Positions 1-14,198 of a stretch of DNA of 64,000 nucleotides are shown in pieces. The notes below the pieces were generated by a model. The model was not told the DNA's origin. It worked only from the letters and a program-made list of their open reading frames with translations, and searched no databases. The position numbers and the translations under genes were made by a program. Position 1 is the stretch's first letter. Every line of letters begins with the position of its first letter. The stretch comes from Octopus vulgaris (lineage: Eukaryota): assembly GCA_951406725.2 (NCBI GenBank), contig OX597832.1, positions 60,016,001 to 60,080,000 of the forward strand. Direction: 5' to 3'.

Positions 1-310
1 TTTATTTCTTGATTTTATTGAATTTAATTCATGACATTATTTTTACGTATTCGTCGATCTACTTTCCTCGCTTCCTTAGTACACATCATATATGGTAATT
101 CCAGTATTTGTAAATATTGAAATCTGTCGAATATGGTGAACATATGATGAAAATATTTGCTACTTATAACAGAGGCTGGTGTCTTAACTTGCCATGAAAT
201 GCTCTGAAATGTAATCTGTTCGTGATGTTACAACGCAGTTACATTTATAAGAGTCGATGCAGTATCACTAATGATACCAACTAACACTTCATTTCACTTC
301 GTTTATTTGA

Positions 311-373
<63 letters not shown>

Positions 374-445
374 TGTGCCTGTGTGTATATATTGTAAAAA
401 CACTATAAAACACACATATATATATGTAAATGTATATAACGTATA

Positions 446-684
446 TACTCTTTACTTGTTTCAGTTATTTGACTGTGGCCATGCTGGAGCACCGCCTTTA
501 GTTGAGCAAACTGACACCAGGACTTATTCTTTGTAAGCCTAGTACTTATTCTATCGGTCTCTTTTGCCGAACCGCTACATTACGGGGACGTAAACACCGC
601 AGCATCGGTTGTCAAGCGATGTTGTGGGGGTAAACACAGACACACAAACATACACACACACATACTTACAGATATATGTATATA

Positions 685-739
<55 letters not shown>

Positions 740-886
740 GTTTCCGTCTACCAAATGCACTCACAAGGATTTGGTCAGCCCGAGGCTATAGTTGAAGACA
801 CTTGCCCAAGGTGCCACGCAGTGGGACTGAACACGGAAGCATGTAGTTCGTAAGCAACCTACTTACCACACAGCCACTCCTACGCC
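446..886 (-). mobile_element. tRNA-derived SINE, family A (octopus OK-like), near full length, internal (TA)n/(TG)n tract
   Basis: Minus strand begins GGCGTAGGAGTGGCTGTGTGGTAAG (A-box-like), has GTTCAGTCCC (B-box-like) and ends GGTGCTCCAGCATGGCCACAGTCAAATAACTGAAACAAGTAAAGAG. About 15 homologues in the window. Family name is from memory. Confidence 0.9.
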
Positions 887-894
887 TTATACAT

Positions 895-999
<105 letters not shown>

Positions 1000-1126
1000 A
1001 CAAAAACACCTTTTATCAATTCAATAATGAAAAACTAAATTATACCATTTCGAAAAATCACATCTTATAGAAAGATTAAATATAAGATTAAACATATAAC
1101 AATGATTATGTAATGTGCAAAATAAA

Positions 1127-1191
<65 letters not shown>

Positions 1192-1217
1192 TGTATGTAT
1201 GTTTGTATGTATGTATG

Positions 1218-1280
<63 letters not shown>

Positions 1281-1283
<3 letters not shown>

Positions 1284-1657
1284 AGTAAAAGCAATTAAGA
1301 TTCAAGTCAGTTCTAATGAATTCACTTGAATGCGGTACTTAACTTAGATGCACCAGAAAACTATATGGTATTAACCATACAATAATGTGGGGTGATTATA
1401 AACGAGAAAAAAGCAACAAGAATGGATTAGTTCTTTAGTACAATTGTTTCATACAAAGACAGGCTTTATTAAAAGCTGCAAATATTGCAGTAAATACAAG
1501 TGTCCCGTACTCATCAGCTAAAACACATATGAGTTCTCCAAACATCCTAGTGGGTGAGGCTACACTCATGAAGTATCGGAGATAGTTCTATAAAAAGCGG
1601 ATTTAGGTTGTAAGCGGACTTCCAAAGTTCTTTAATGATGATGCACAGTCTTATCTC

Positions 1658-1660
<3 letters not shown>
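1281..1660 (-). mobile_element. Penelope-like pseudo-LTR fragment carrying a hammerhead motif, inserted in (TA)n
   Basis: Unique segment flanked on both sides by (TA)n and containing the hammerhead at 1433-1524. Minimal hammerheads are an established feature of Penelope-like elements. Confidence 0.6.
1433..1524 (-). ncRNA. Minimal type-I hammerhead ribozyme motif (core intact)
   Basis: Minus strand: tttag-CTGATGA-gtacgggaca...tgtctttgtat-GAAA-caattg-TA-ctaaa. Stem I tttag/ctaaa, palindromic helix III CAATTG, GUA cleavage triplet. Confidence 0.75.
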
Positions 1661-1706
<46 letters not shown>

Positions 1707-2523
1707 TACACACACACACATGTGTACATGCATGCAAATGTATGTTTCTATACGCACACAAACACCCTCACATACACCTACGTGCATACATACATGTATA
1801 CATATAAATATAAGAAAACTGTTTAAAAATGCAGACAAAAGCAACACAAATGATCTGTAAGGAAAGAGGAAACTGTAAGAGGAGAGGAAGAGAAAACTAA
1901 ATCACATCGAAAAAGAAAGAAAGAAATTTCAGGAAGAAAGCTAAACAAATGAGTCTAATTGTTTATCTCAAATATTATTTTGTTGATAATGACCTTTTTA
2001 CTGGTTTACTGGTGTTACTAGTAATGTGGCTCTGGAACTCACCATTCCTGATGCCAATACTATTGACACTCAGGCTTCTGTCGCTTGTGTTGGTGGTGGT
2101 GGTGGTGGTGGTGGTGGTAGTAGCGGCGCCGTCGGCGGTGGTATTGGTGGTGATGTGGGGACGGGGGCAGGGATGTTGCTTCCACTGTTGCAGCTGTTAT
2201 GTTTCTTCATCTGTTCTTTTGCGCCGTTTATATTAAAATATTTTGAAGGCGGTGAGCTGGCAGAAACGGTAGCACGATTTCAACGTACTGGACCTCATCA
2301 GTGGGTGGTGTCCGGTGACCGCATGCCAGGCAAATCTCTCTGCCACGATACATATCATATCAGCACCTTTTCAGATACCTCGGTGCATATAACAGAAGAT
2401 TCGTGTCTGCTGCAATCTATGACATCGCTTTTATTCACCATGTTCGAAGTACTTTCATCAACCAATTACAATTCACTTTTTGCCTTTTAATATCATTATG
2501 CTTGGCATATGTATATATACATG

Positions 2524-2643
<120 letters not shown>

Positions 2644-2694
2644 CATACATACATACATACATACATACATACATACATACATACATACATACAC

Positions 2695-2934
2695 ATACTT
2701 TTATTTGTTCTAGGCATTTAACTGAGGCCATGCTGAAGCACCTTTCGTTGAACAAATTGACCCCAGGAATTATTCTTTGTAAGCCTAGTACTTATTCTAT
2801 CAGTCTCTTTTGCCCCGAACCGCTAAGTTGCGGGGGCGTAAGCACACCAAATTCAGTTGTCAAGCGATGGTGGGGGGACAAATACAGACACATATACACA
2901 CACACACATACACGTACGCACGCACATATATTTA

Positions 2935-3021
<87 letters not shown>

Positions 3022-3109
3022 GACGGGCTTCTTTCAAGTAGAAGACACTTGTCCAAAGCCGGAACCATGTGGTTGGTAAGGAAGCTACTTACTCCACAGC
3101 CACACCAGC

Positions 3110-3111
<2 letters not shown>
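2695..3111 (-). mobile_element. SINE family A with internal deletion
   Basis: Homologous to 446-886: same head, body and tail, plus an internal (TA)n. Confidence 0.85.
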
Positions 3112-3156
<45 letters not shown>

Positions 3157-3475
3157 TATTTATACATATATATATATACATATATATTTTTATATATATG
3201 TATGTATATATACACATATGTATGTATATAAATATGTACATATATATATATGCACATATATATACATATATCTATCTATGAATATATATATATATATATA
3301 CAAAATTAAAAAATTAGAAAATGGAGAAACATACTTAAATCAATTAAACATCAACCATCCGATAATACCCAATCAATACTTTATTACACCATTACATAAC
3401 AGCAAAGACATTATACAAAATATATTGTAAATATAATTAGACAAGGAAATAGAAATATAAAATATAATTATATTA

Positions 3476-3590
3476 TATCTGACAGCTGTTTCGGCCGTGA
3501 AGACAAGTATGCCTCATTTAACCTATAAGCCATATAAGGCAGGTATAAATGAGACATTAACAAGGATGTCCCACGGCCTCTTCAGAGAAT
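3476..3590 (-). ncRNA. Minimal type-I hammerhead ribozyme motif (core intact)
   Basis: Minus strand: tct-CTGAAGA-ggccgtg...cacggcc-GAAA-cagctg-TC-aga. 7-bp stem II, palindromic helix III CAGCTG, GUC triplet, 3-bp stem I. Confidence 0.75.
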
Positions 3591-3932
3591 TTAATTCAAT
3601 ATAAGTGTGAAAAAAATTTTTTACATATAAATATAAAAATATAAAATATAAACATGTGTGTATAGACACTCATAATACTACATATATATATATACACATT
3701 AATACAATAATACAAAATAAACAAAATATATCAATATACATTAACAAACACAGTTATTTTACATATTGGACTCCTAGTTCCATAACTAACCCCAAGGAAA
3801 ATATATGCACACTCACATTTAAATTTAAATCAGACATATATACATAAAAAAAATAATAATAATAAAACACACAGTTCAGTTCATAAAATTATAACCCTAC
3901 AAAAAGTCAATAAAAATTACTATTAATATTAC

Positions 3933-4004
<72 letters not shown>

Positions 4005-5878
4005 CAACCATGACTGTACCAAGTACATCAATCGGACATCTACATATCTATAAGTCTAATTCCTCTGTCCGCTTGATATTGATTATTCTAGATTGATTCG
4101 ATTGGCTTATAGTTTTAAATTTGAATCACAAAGAAAATTTTACGGTTAGTTAGTCAAGAAACGCACATACGCACACGCACATCCACAGATCCATCGCACA
4201 TACATACATAATTATATGTATACACACACACATACACTCATACACATACATAGCCACAAACACAGCCAAAAGCATAAATAAATAAATAAATAAATAAATA
4301 ATATAAGAGGTATAATCGTAACTATATACATGGAAACCCAACTGATTGCATTTACATGCATGCAGCCATCAAGCCCCTCCAAAACGACAACAATGCCACT
4401 GTATTAACTAAGAAGATCCACTCACATATTTCCATAAAATATTTATTGCAAAGATACATATAATTATATCAAGACATAGAATGTAATTTTACATAAGGTA
4501 CATAATTCATATGACACCGTATTTTCCGTAGCCATAGTATTTCATAACATAACGTTTACTGACTTAACCGCTATATGTTATAATCAAATATACGCTAAGT
4601 TATAAAGTATAGATTAAACATTTTCGTTTGACTATCAAAAGACATAGAAATATACATATACTAAGTTGACATCGGTTTATAGTAATTAAATTATAAGAGA
4701 TTAATTGTAAGAAGTCAAAATACGCAAATATTCTAGGATATGTAAACAAACAAAACAAACAAAACAAAATAATTCCTTATAGCATAAATAGATATCATTT
4801 CTACGTAATAAATCCAATGCTATTATAATACTAATATTTATCCTTCAAAAAACCTAACCTACGAACTAATAGAATTACACTCACATATACATGCCCATAA
4901 GTATACTCATGTGTAACAACAGACATACACATACACACCATATATATAAGTATTGAACGTATCCTACTTGCAGTTGATTTGTACAAAAGTTATGGAAACT
5001 AAAACAGAGCTAGCACGTAACATTTGGCCCCTATTTTATGGTTTACAGGTAAATCACTAGGCGGATATCATGAGTTTCCTTGTATTTATTTCGTTTGTTG
5101 TTATTTAGTCCAACTTCAGCCCCGATTGAATCTATGTCTGACATATAGATGGTTTTTAAAACTATTTGCTGCTATGAGTAGTACCAGGGATGCAAATGTA
5201 CTATTGGTATGTGTGAGTACAAAATCATATTGTGCAATAAGAAATTCATGCACGAAGATAAATTTTTTCATGTGGTGATAGGTGGAATTTGTTTCTGATC
5301 TACTTAAAAATACTCATAAATTTATATGCTACAAGGAATTTTGTACTTCAAAAAAATATTGCAAATATTGTTTCCATGGTTAATATTTCTTTGTAAATGT
5401 CTATAAAATAAACATACGCTAGAATGTATAGACACATACAAAATCAGATTTCATATACGTTTATGTATATATGTGTATGTATGAGTGCGTGTGTATGTGA
5501 ATGCGTGTATACACACACATATAGATATATGCATACATACGTGTGTCTTTCTGTGAATATGTATGGATGTATGCAGTTATCTTAGTGGCAACACGTTGTC
5601 ACATATGTTTCCCAAAAAATATCAAACACGAACGTTACAAAAAAAATCTCTAACTTTTACTTCCCGTCTCAGTTGAAGCTTAAGCCATGTACTTTTATCA
5701 ATTGAGATGTGTATATGCTTATATTCACAAATGCCACTCGAGTGAATGTATACCTACGCATCTATATGTAGATATATTTGTCACCGTTTGTTGTGCATGT
5801 ATCTCCCAACGTTATAAGAAGGCGCGCACATTTATGCATCTACGGTGGATATACATACGAGTATATGTGTGTCTGTGT

Positions 5879-5936
<58 letters not shown>

Positions 5937-6267
5937 AAGTATATATATGTATATTATGTACACATGTATATATATGTATATACATATATACATAAATATA
6001 AGAATAAATATATACATACATGCATATGTATACACATATATATATGTATATATATGTATATGTATATATATGTTTATATATATATATATATGTATATGTA
6101 TATATATATATGTGAGTGTATGTCTGTGTGTGTATGTATGTATGTATATCGGGGTGCGTATATATATATATATGTATCAGAAGCAACATAGTGGCTTGAC
6201 GACCGAAAGTTTCATGCGTTATCCTTATCAAACTTATCACACATACAAGCACTCACACATACACACA

Positions 6268-6364
<97 letters not shown>

Positions 6365-6812
6365 CACAGATTTGTGTGTGTGTCTGTGTGTTTGTGTCAG
6401 GTCTGTCTGTGTTTGTATATTGTGTGTGTCTATGTGTCTCTGAATATATGCTGTGCGAAACAGTCGGTGTAATATACTTGGTTCTACATTTATATCTATG
6501 AGGCGTATATGCGTGCATGCATTTATGACTGTGTTTGTACACATCTCTGTGTTTGAATGTGTTTGTACACATCTCTGTCCGTTTGTGTATCTCTGTGTGT
6601 AATACACCAATAACAGCTATAGTTGTGATTATTTTTCTTTCGTTTCCTTCTTTCCAAAGTCTTATATTTTCTGCCTCTCTCTCTCTCTCTCTCTCTCCCT
6701 TTCTCTCTCTCTCTCTCTCTTTCTCTCCCTCTCTCTCCAATTCTATTACTCGCACACTCACAAACATAAACACGCTATCAGTCTCTCGTTCTACCCTACT
6801 TCTCAAACATTT

Positions 6813-6863
<51 letters not shown>

Positions 6864-7083
6864 ATTTCTCTCTCTCTGGCTTTCTGTATAAAAAAAGAAT
6901 TGGCAGTGTAGTGTAAATTAAGTAATCGTTTTGCCCTTAGAAAGGTGGTTGGCGTGATAGGTGGCGGGAGGCAGGACGTGCAATGTAGCTACGCACAAAC
7001 ATCAAATTATTTTAATTATGTGTGTGCGTGTGTGTGTGTGAGAGTGTGTGTGAATGTGTATGTGTGTGTGTATATATATCCAA

Positions 7084-7115
<32 letters not shown>

Positions 7116-7638
7116 TTATATATACCTGATATGTAAGTATAAGTGTGTGTGTGTAAAATATATGAGCATAAACATGTATACATATCTAATTATATATTTG
7201 TGATACATGCGTGTATAAGCATGTATGTGTATTATGTGTTTGTATGTATGTAAGTATGTATGTATATGTGTGTGTATGTATAGATATATATATATAGAGA
7301 GATATATATATAGAGAAAGAGGGGAAAAAACCTGTGCACATACTAAATACATACACACATGCATAATTTACATTCACACACATGTACACATATATACATA
7401 TATACACACACTCACACCCACCCACACACAAATGAACCAACGCTCACAAACAAACCATAAATACACATAAACGATAGATACACAAGCATACTCGCATAAG
7501 CAAGTGAAAAACTTACAATAAACACATTCGGTTTCACAATATACACACACTCACTCATTCAGATAAACAAATTTTTCGAAATTTTCAATATAGTCACAAA
7601 CTCTCTATGAACAACGTTTAAAAGGCACACACACGCGG

Positions 7639-7692
<54 letters not shown>

Positions 7693-8088
7693 TCTCAGAC
7701 GAACAGACAGTCACTCATATGCAAAAACATTTTCCCGATAATTTTTCTAGTTTTTTATCTACACACCTTTACCAACGCTTCCATCCGCCACCCCCAGCAC
7801 CACACAGGCAACTTCGTAACTCTACCTCCCCTTCCTCTTCCTATTCCTACACATTCTCTCCCTTACCGCTGTTAAATACTATTAGTGTCACACAACCTAC
7901 CCTCTGCCAACCAACATTACCGCTCCTTTTTTTATTAACTTAAAACCTCCCACCTTCTCCCAAGCAACGTTTATATTGACAACACAATCATTTCCTTCTC
8001 CTCTGCCTCTCATTCTCTCTAACTTTTATTCTTACTCCCTCCCGCTCACTTTCTCTCACTCTCTCTTTCTTTTGCCCCCTCTCTTTCT

Positions 8089-8124
<36 letters not shown>

Positions 8125-8371
8125 AACCCCCCCAACTTCTCTTCTGTTATTCATCTGGGTTTTTGTCGTTACTGTGGCGTTTTTCACTCCCTTCCCTGTT
8201 GATTCTATAATTATCTGCATTACACTATAGTCACGTAATGCCACTATCCCCTCTGTCTTTCTTTCCCTTTCTCTCTCCCCTCTTTCTCTCTCTCTCTCTC
8301 TCTTCATATATTATATATATATATATATATATGAGAGGAAAACACAACCCCGCCATTTACTGACTTATATA

Positions 8372-8413
<42 letters not shown>

Positions 8414-8595
8414 TATATTATATTATATATATATATATATATATGCATATATATATATATAATATATTTCGCACATTCTGCTGTGTCTCTAGCATCATCC
8501 TTTCTCTCTAATTTTTCTCTCTTAATTTCACTTTCTACTTCTCGATTCATGCAAGTTGGACTGCTACAAATATTAAATCCATTTTAATTATATAT

Positions 8596-8870
8596 ATGTG
8601 CATGAGTGTATGTATGTATGTACGTACGTATGTATGTATGTATGTATGCATGTATGTATGTATGTATGTATGTATGTATGTATGTATGTATGTTTGTATG
8701 TATGTGTGTATGTATGTATGTGTGTATGTATGTGTGTATGTATGTATGTATGTATGTATGTATGTATGTATGTATGTATGTATGTATGTATGTGTGTGTA
8801 TGTATGTATGTATGTATGTATGTATGTATGTATGTGTGTATGTATGTGTGTATGTATGTATGTATGTATG
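8596..8870. repeat. (TATG)n microsatellite (second tract ~9165-9462)
   Basis: Direct reading. Confidence 0.95.
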
Positions 8871-8873
8871 AAA

Positions 8874-9135
8874 ACATGTGGCCTAGTGGTTAAGGTATTG
8901 CACTCACGATCGCTAGAAGATTGATTCGATTTCCGGATCCGGCGGTGCGTGCTGTTTTTTAGCAAAATACTCCATTTCACGTTGTCTTACTACACTAAAC
9001 TCTAAATGGCTAACCTTCTGGCGACGTATTGGCCTGCTCACCTAGGCTGGTGGCGGAGGGTGGCATCATTCGAAAACTAAAACGAAACAAGGAGCGTTGC
9101 GGCCAGCGTTATTCAATAGTTAGCTGGATGCCATA
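8874..9135 (+). mobile_element. Degenerate tRNA-derived SINE, family D
   Basis: Head GTGGCCTAGTGGTTAAGG...GATTCGATTTCC. The 3' part GTGGCATCATTCGAAAACTAAAAC matches the inverted copy at ~50100-50394. Confidence 0.7.
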
Positions 9136-9502
9136 CCTTCATGTATGCATCTATGTATATATTTTGTACGTATGTATGTATGTATGTATGTATGTATGTA
9201 TGTATGTATGTATGTATGTATGTATGTATGTATGTATGTATGTATGTATGTATGTATGTATGTATGTATGTATGTGTATGTATGTATGTATGTATGTATG
9301 TATGTATGTATGTATGTATGTATGTATGTATGTATGTGTATGTATGTATGTATGTATGTATGTATGTATGTATGTATGTATGTATGTATGTATGTATGTA
9401 TGTATGTATGTATGTATGTATGTATGTATGTATGTATGTATGTATGTATGTATGTATGTATGCATGGAAGTAAAGGTGTGTTAATAATATATATATATAG
9501 CC

Positions 9503-9880
9503 GCGGGCGTGGTTGTGTGGTAACAAGGTTACTGCCACACATGGCTCCGGGTTTAGTCAAACTGCATGGCACCTTGAGCAAGTCTCTTCTACTATAGCCT
9601 CGAGCCGACCAAGGCCTTCTCAGTGGATTTGGTTGACGGAAACTGAAAGAATCCTGTCGTATATATATATATATATATATGAGTGTGTGTTTGTTCCCCA
9701 CCATCGCTTGACAACCGATGTTGGTGTGTTTACGTCCCCGTAACTTAGAGGTTCCGCAAAAGAGACCGATAGAATAAGTACTAGGCTTACAAATAATAAG
9801 TCCTGAGGATGATTTGCTCAATTGAAGGCGGTGCTCCAGCATGGCTGCAGTCAAATGACTGAAATAAATAAAAAATAAAA
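9503..9880 (+). mobile_element. SINE family A
   Basis: Head, body and GGTGCTCCAGCATGGCTGCAGTCAAATGACTGAAA tail all present. Confidence 0.9.
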
Positions 9881-9910
9881 CATATGCATATATATGTATA
9901 CATATATGTG

Positions 9911-10002
<92 letters not shown>

Positions 10003-10184
10003 CATATACATATATATAATCAAAGATGCAAAAAAAGGGGGGCGACGGAATTCAAAGGTAGCGTAATCTAAGGACATAGTAAGGAAGTACATGAATGAGG
10101 TACTCCAAATCAGTCGGAATGACATGGAGGAACCATGCAAGCGTCATTGAGGCAATTGTGAATTCGAACGAAAAAAGGTTCGAG

Positions 10185-10308
10185 AGAAAGGGTTTGACTG
10201 GGGACAGGAGAGTGCGAAGATGGCCAGTGTGTATGTGTATGATAGTATCTCTGTGCGTGTGTAACTGTGACGCACACATATCCTACCACATGCACACATA
10301 TGCACACA

Positions 10309-10351
<43 letters not shown>

Positions 10352-10390
10352 GCCACCTTTGCACTCTCCTGTCTCAATACAAAGCTTTCT
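10185..10390. repeat. Imperfect fold-back (inverted repeat) centred near 10264
   Basis: GACAGGAGAGTGCGAAGATGGCCAGTGTGT pairs with ACACACTGGCCACCTTTGCACTCTCCTGTC. The inner TG-rich and CA-rich tracts also pair. Confidence 0.8.
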
Positions 10391-10399
10391 ATATTTCTT

Positions 10400-10655
10400 T
10401 CCACTATCGGTCACTTCAGCCATTTAACCCCACACGTGCTATTCCTGGTCTTTTTCCTTTATCCTTGTTCCTTGAATTTTCTTTCATCCTCTTTTTGACG
10501 AAGATCTATGTTCGAAACGTTAAAAAAACTCTTTTTCCACCTTTGCTAAGCGTTATCTTATACATTCCATATTTCTTTTCTTGTTTTGTTATTGTTTATC
10601 TTTTTTTTAGTGTTCGATTGCTCATGTTCAACTTTTATTGTTCGATTTGACTGTA
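10400..10655 (+). mobile_element. Short hammerhead-bearing element (mini pLTR family H)
   Basis: ttt-TTGACGA-A-GATCtatGTTC-GAAA-CG-TT-aaa at ~10492-10524, followed by the AGCGTT...ATAC block shared with the other family H copies. Confidence 0.6.
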
Positions 10656-10661
10656 TATGTG

Positions 10662-10695
<34 letters not shown>

Positions 10696-10730
10696 CAAAC
10701 ATATATACATATATATACAAACATATATAC

Positions 10731-10777
<47 letters not shown>

Positions 10778-11011
10778 TATATGTATATGTGTGTATATAT
10801 ATATACATATATATGTACATATATGTATATGTGTGTGTATATATATATATACATATATACATATATATATATCTATAAACATATATACATATATATACGT
10901 ATATATATAAATATATACATATATATATATACACACGTATATACATATATATTTATTTATATACATATACGTATACTTATCTACAGACACATATATAAAC
11001 ATATATGTGTT

Positions 11012-11048
<37 letters not shown>

Positions 11049-11059
11049 TGTGTGTTCTA

Positions 11060-11260
11060 TAAAGCTGAAAATGATAGAAAAACCAAAGACGAAGATTCGT
11101 GTATGAACAACCAAGAGGTGTATTAGTTTACGCTCGGGAAAATGAAAAAGACTTTTACGTTTCGAGGCTACGCTCTGTAGCGGAAAGGAATAACAAAAAA
11201 ATAAACAAAGAGAGAATGAAAAAAAAGCTTGTAGATTTAGCGGTTAGTCATGGCGAATGA
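11060..11260 (-). mobile_element. Family H element with degenerate hammerhead
   Basis: Minus strand cttt-CCGCTAC-A-GAGCgtagCCTC-GAAA-CG-TA-aaag (11152-11187). Clearly homologous to 28050-28282. Confidence 0.65.
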
Positions 11261-11326
11261 ATATATATATATACATACAAAGAGAGAGAGGAAAACAGAA
11301 CGTGTTATACATAAAAGTACATGTAT

Positions 11327-11374
<48 letters not shown>

Positions 11375-11565
11375 ATATCCATATGTGTATATATATAAGT
11401 CAACACAATAACCACGGAGTCTTGCAAACGCAAATAAATAAATGAATAAATAAATAAATAAATAAAAAATCATCAAAGGAAAGAACACCTACCCCCCCCC
11501 CAAGAAATTTACACCTCTACATCAATGAGATATTACTATTCTGATTATTATTATTATTATTATTA

Positions 11566-11637
<72 letters not shown>

Positions 11638-11665
11638 GTCATCATCATCATCTTTATTATCATTA

Positions 11666-11882
11666 AAGACGGCGAGCTGACAGAATCGTTAGCACGCTGA
11701 ACGAAATGCTTAGCGGCATTTCGACCGTGGTAACGTTCTGAGTTCAAATTCAGCCGAGGTCGACATTACCTTACATCCTTTCGACAAATTAAGTAAAAGT
11801 GATACCAGTAAAATACTAGGGTCGAATTAATCATCTAGTCCCATTTGCTCAAATTACATGCTACGTGCCTTTGGTACAAAAG
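11666..11882 (+). mobile_element. tRNA-derived SINE, family B
   Basis: GGCGAGCTGACAGAATCGTTAGC...GTTCTGAGTTCAAATTC...GAGGTCGAC...CATCCTTTCG, followed by an (ATT)n tract. Confidence 0.85.
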
Positions 11883-12052
<170 letters not shown>

Positions 12053-12057
12053 CATTA

Positions 12058-12618
12058 TTGAGTGAGAGAGCAGTGCATGCCATCAAAGTGGCACTGGGGT
12101 AAAATATACGAAGCCCAGTATACCCATCTTGACTACCCGGCTGATAAGGGTACTCTAGGTACATGCATTACGACCATATGTGCGCGATATGGTGATCTCA
12201 TATCAAGATAAACAGCACATGACCTTGCAGGTGGGGCCCAGTTAGAATTGTCTTCTGGTCGAGAAACCCATCCCGCTCAAAAGGTCCATGAATAAGAATT
12301 GTTTAAGGATGCTGAACGAAACACCAATGCTTCCAGTGGTGAATTATTCAAACCTCAAAGAATCCCTCTCAACACATGGCTATGATGCTCCCCCCACTAC
12401 TTCTGCTCGTGATTAGAGATGCACATATCGTCAGCCACTAAGTGACATGCTCAACTGGTTAAGATCAAACAACTGACAAGCAAATCTGTGGTATTGAGTA
12501 GAATATTTGCTGTAGCCCATCTTTTATACCAAGACAAAATAATGTACATGATAACACTACCAATCAGTTAAGATCAGAAGCCATGAGAACCACTGTCTAG
12601 TACTGCATCAGGGCATTT
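12058..12618 (-). mobile_element. Non-coding ~560-bp repeat, family C, embedded in (TAA)n
   Basis: Flanked on both sides by long (TTA)n. A homologous truncated copy lies at 23752-24090 in the opposite orientation. Confidence 0.8.
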
Positions 12619-12631
12619 ATTATTATTATTA

Positions 12632-12677
<46 letters not shown>

Positions 12678-12678
12678 C

Positions 12679-12752
<74 letters not shown>

Positions 12753-13196
12753 CTATAAAGGTAACTACAACATAAATTTAAAAGGTAAATATGTATGAAA
12801 ATGATGATGATGATGTTTAATAATGTTCATAATAAAAAATGAAATTGAAAAAAATATAAATGTCGATAAATTTTCGTGTCATGAAATTAAGAGGTGGAAG
12901 GAGAGTGAAAGCGAGAGTGGAGAAAGATAGTGAGAGACAGAGAGTGAGGCAGAGAGACAGAGTGGGAAGGAGGAAAGAGAAGCAATGCCTAAAGGACAGA
13001 GAGAGAGAAAGAGAGAGAGAGAGAGCGTAAGATCTCAGCAGTGAGATCAAAACAACACGTCTTTTTTTTTAACATATGTAATAAAACAAAAAATTCCTAA
13101 TAAATATGGTGTTTATATAAAAGTCTAATGAAATAAGAAATAATAGCGAAAAGACAAAACTACGAAGAAGAATACAAACCTAACGTATAACCATAC

Positions 13197-14198
13197 ATGG
13201 CCTCAAATTGCCACAAACTGCGTGATCTCGGCATAGCTGGAAAACTTGGAGAGTGGTTACGTGACTTTCTGAAAGATAGAAGCCAAGCAGTAGTGGTCAA
13301 TGGAGTCACCTCAAGGAAAACAAAAATAGTGAGCGGCGTTCCACAGGACACTGTCTTGGGACCTCTGCTTTTCATAGTGGCCCTCTCAGATATGCCCTCA
13401 GCTGCCCGGATAACCACTCTTGCTAGCTACGCAGACGATACAAAAATCTCGCAGAAAAATCCGAACCCCAGCGATGTTGCACACCTGCAGCAGGAGTTGG
13501 ACTCAATTTACAGATGGGCTGAGGATAATAACACGCAGTTTAATGCTGAAAAATTCCAAGCCCTGCCCTACCCTACCAGCGTCCAAAACTAAATATAAAA
13601 CTTAAAGGGTACACTGGTCCACAGGGAATTACAATCCCAGAGCCTAAATCAGTGATGGACCTGGGTATCGACATGAGTAGTGATACCTCTTTCCAAGTGC
13701 ACATTACCAGGATGGCGACAAGGTGTAGACGACTGGCTGGATGGATCCTGAGAACGTTCAGAACCAGAGAGAAGGAAACCATGATGTTCCTCTGGAGGAC
13801 ATTCGTCCTCAGCTGCCAAGATTATTGCTCCCAGCTTTGGTCATCCAACTGTGTAAAATTAACCTTGAAGCAACCCAGTGAAGCTTCACAAAGAAGATCG
13901 TCCCATTGCAACAGCTCAGCTACTGGGAAAAGGCTGAAACAGCTAAACCTCTACTCCCTGGAGCAAAGGCGGGAGACGTATGCAGTAACATACGTCTGGA
14001 AGATCCTGGAAGGAATTGTGCAAAATTTTAGCATTGAACGCTACACTAATGCCAGTACGGGTTGATCCTGCAGAGTGCCAAAGATCTCAGCAATGCCATC
14101 GCGCTTCAGGAGCAGTTACTGCAACAGCCTGGGTTTAAGGGCCCCACAGCTTTTTAATATTCTCCCAAAGAGCCTGAGGAACTTGCACAAAATGGAGT
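13197..14198 (+). mobile_element. CR1-group LINE, decayed reverse transcriptase and C-terminal fragment
   Basis: Translation gives SGVPQDTVLGPLLF, YADD, DLGIDMS, LYSLEQRR and NSLGLRGPQLFNILPK across several frames, with frameshifts and stops. Confidence 0.92.

Noticed and set aside
1949-2490. Gly/Val-rich ORFs as a possible exon
   Set aside because: Built on a (GGT)n tract and running into a SINE B head at ~2246; no recognisable domain on either strand.
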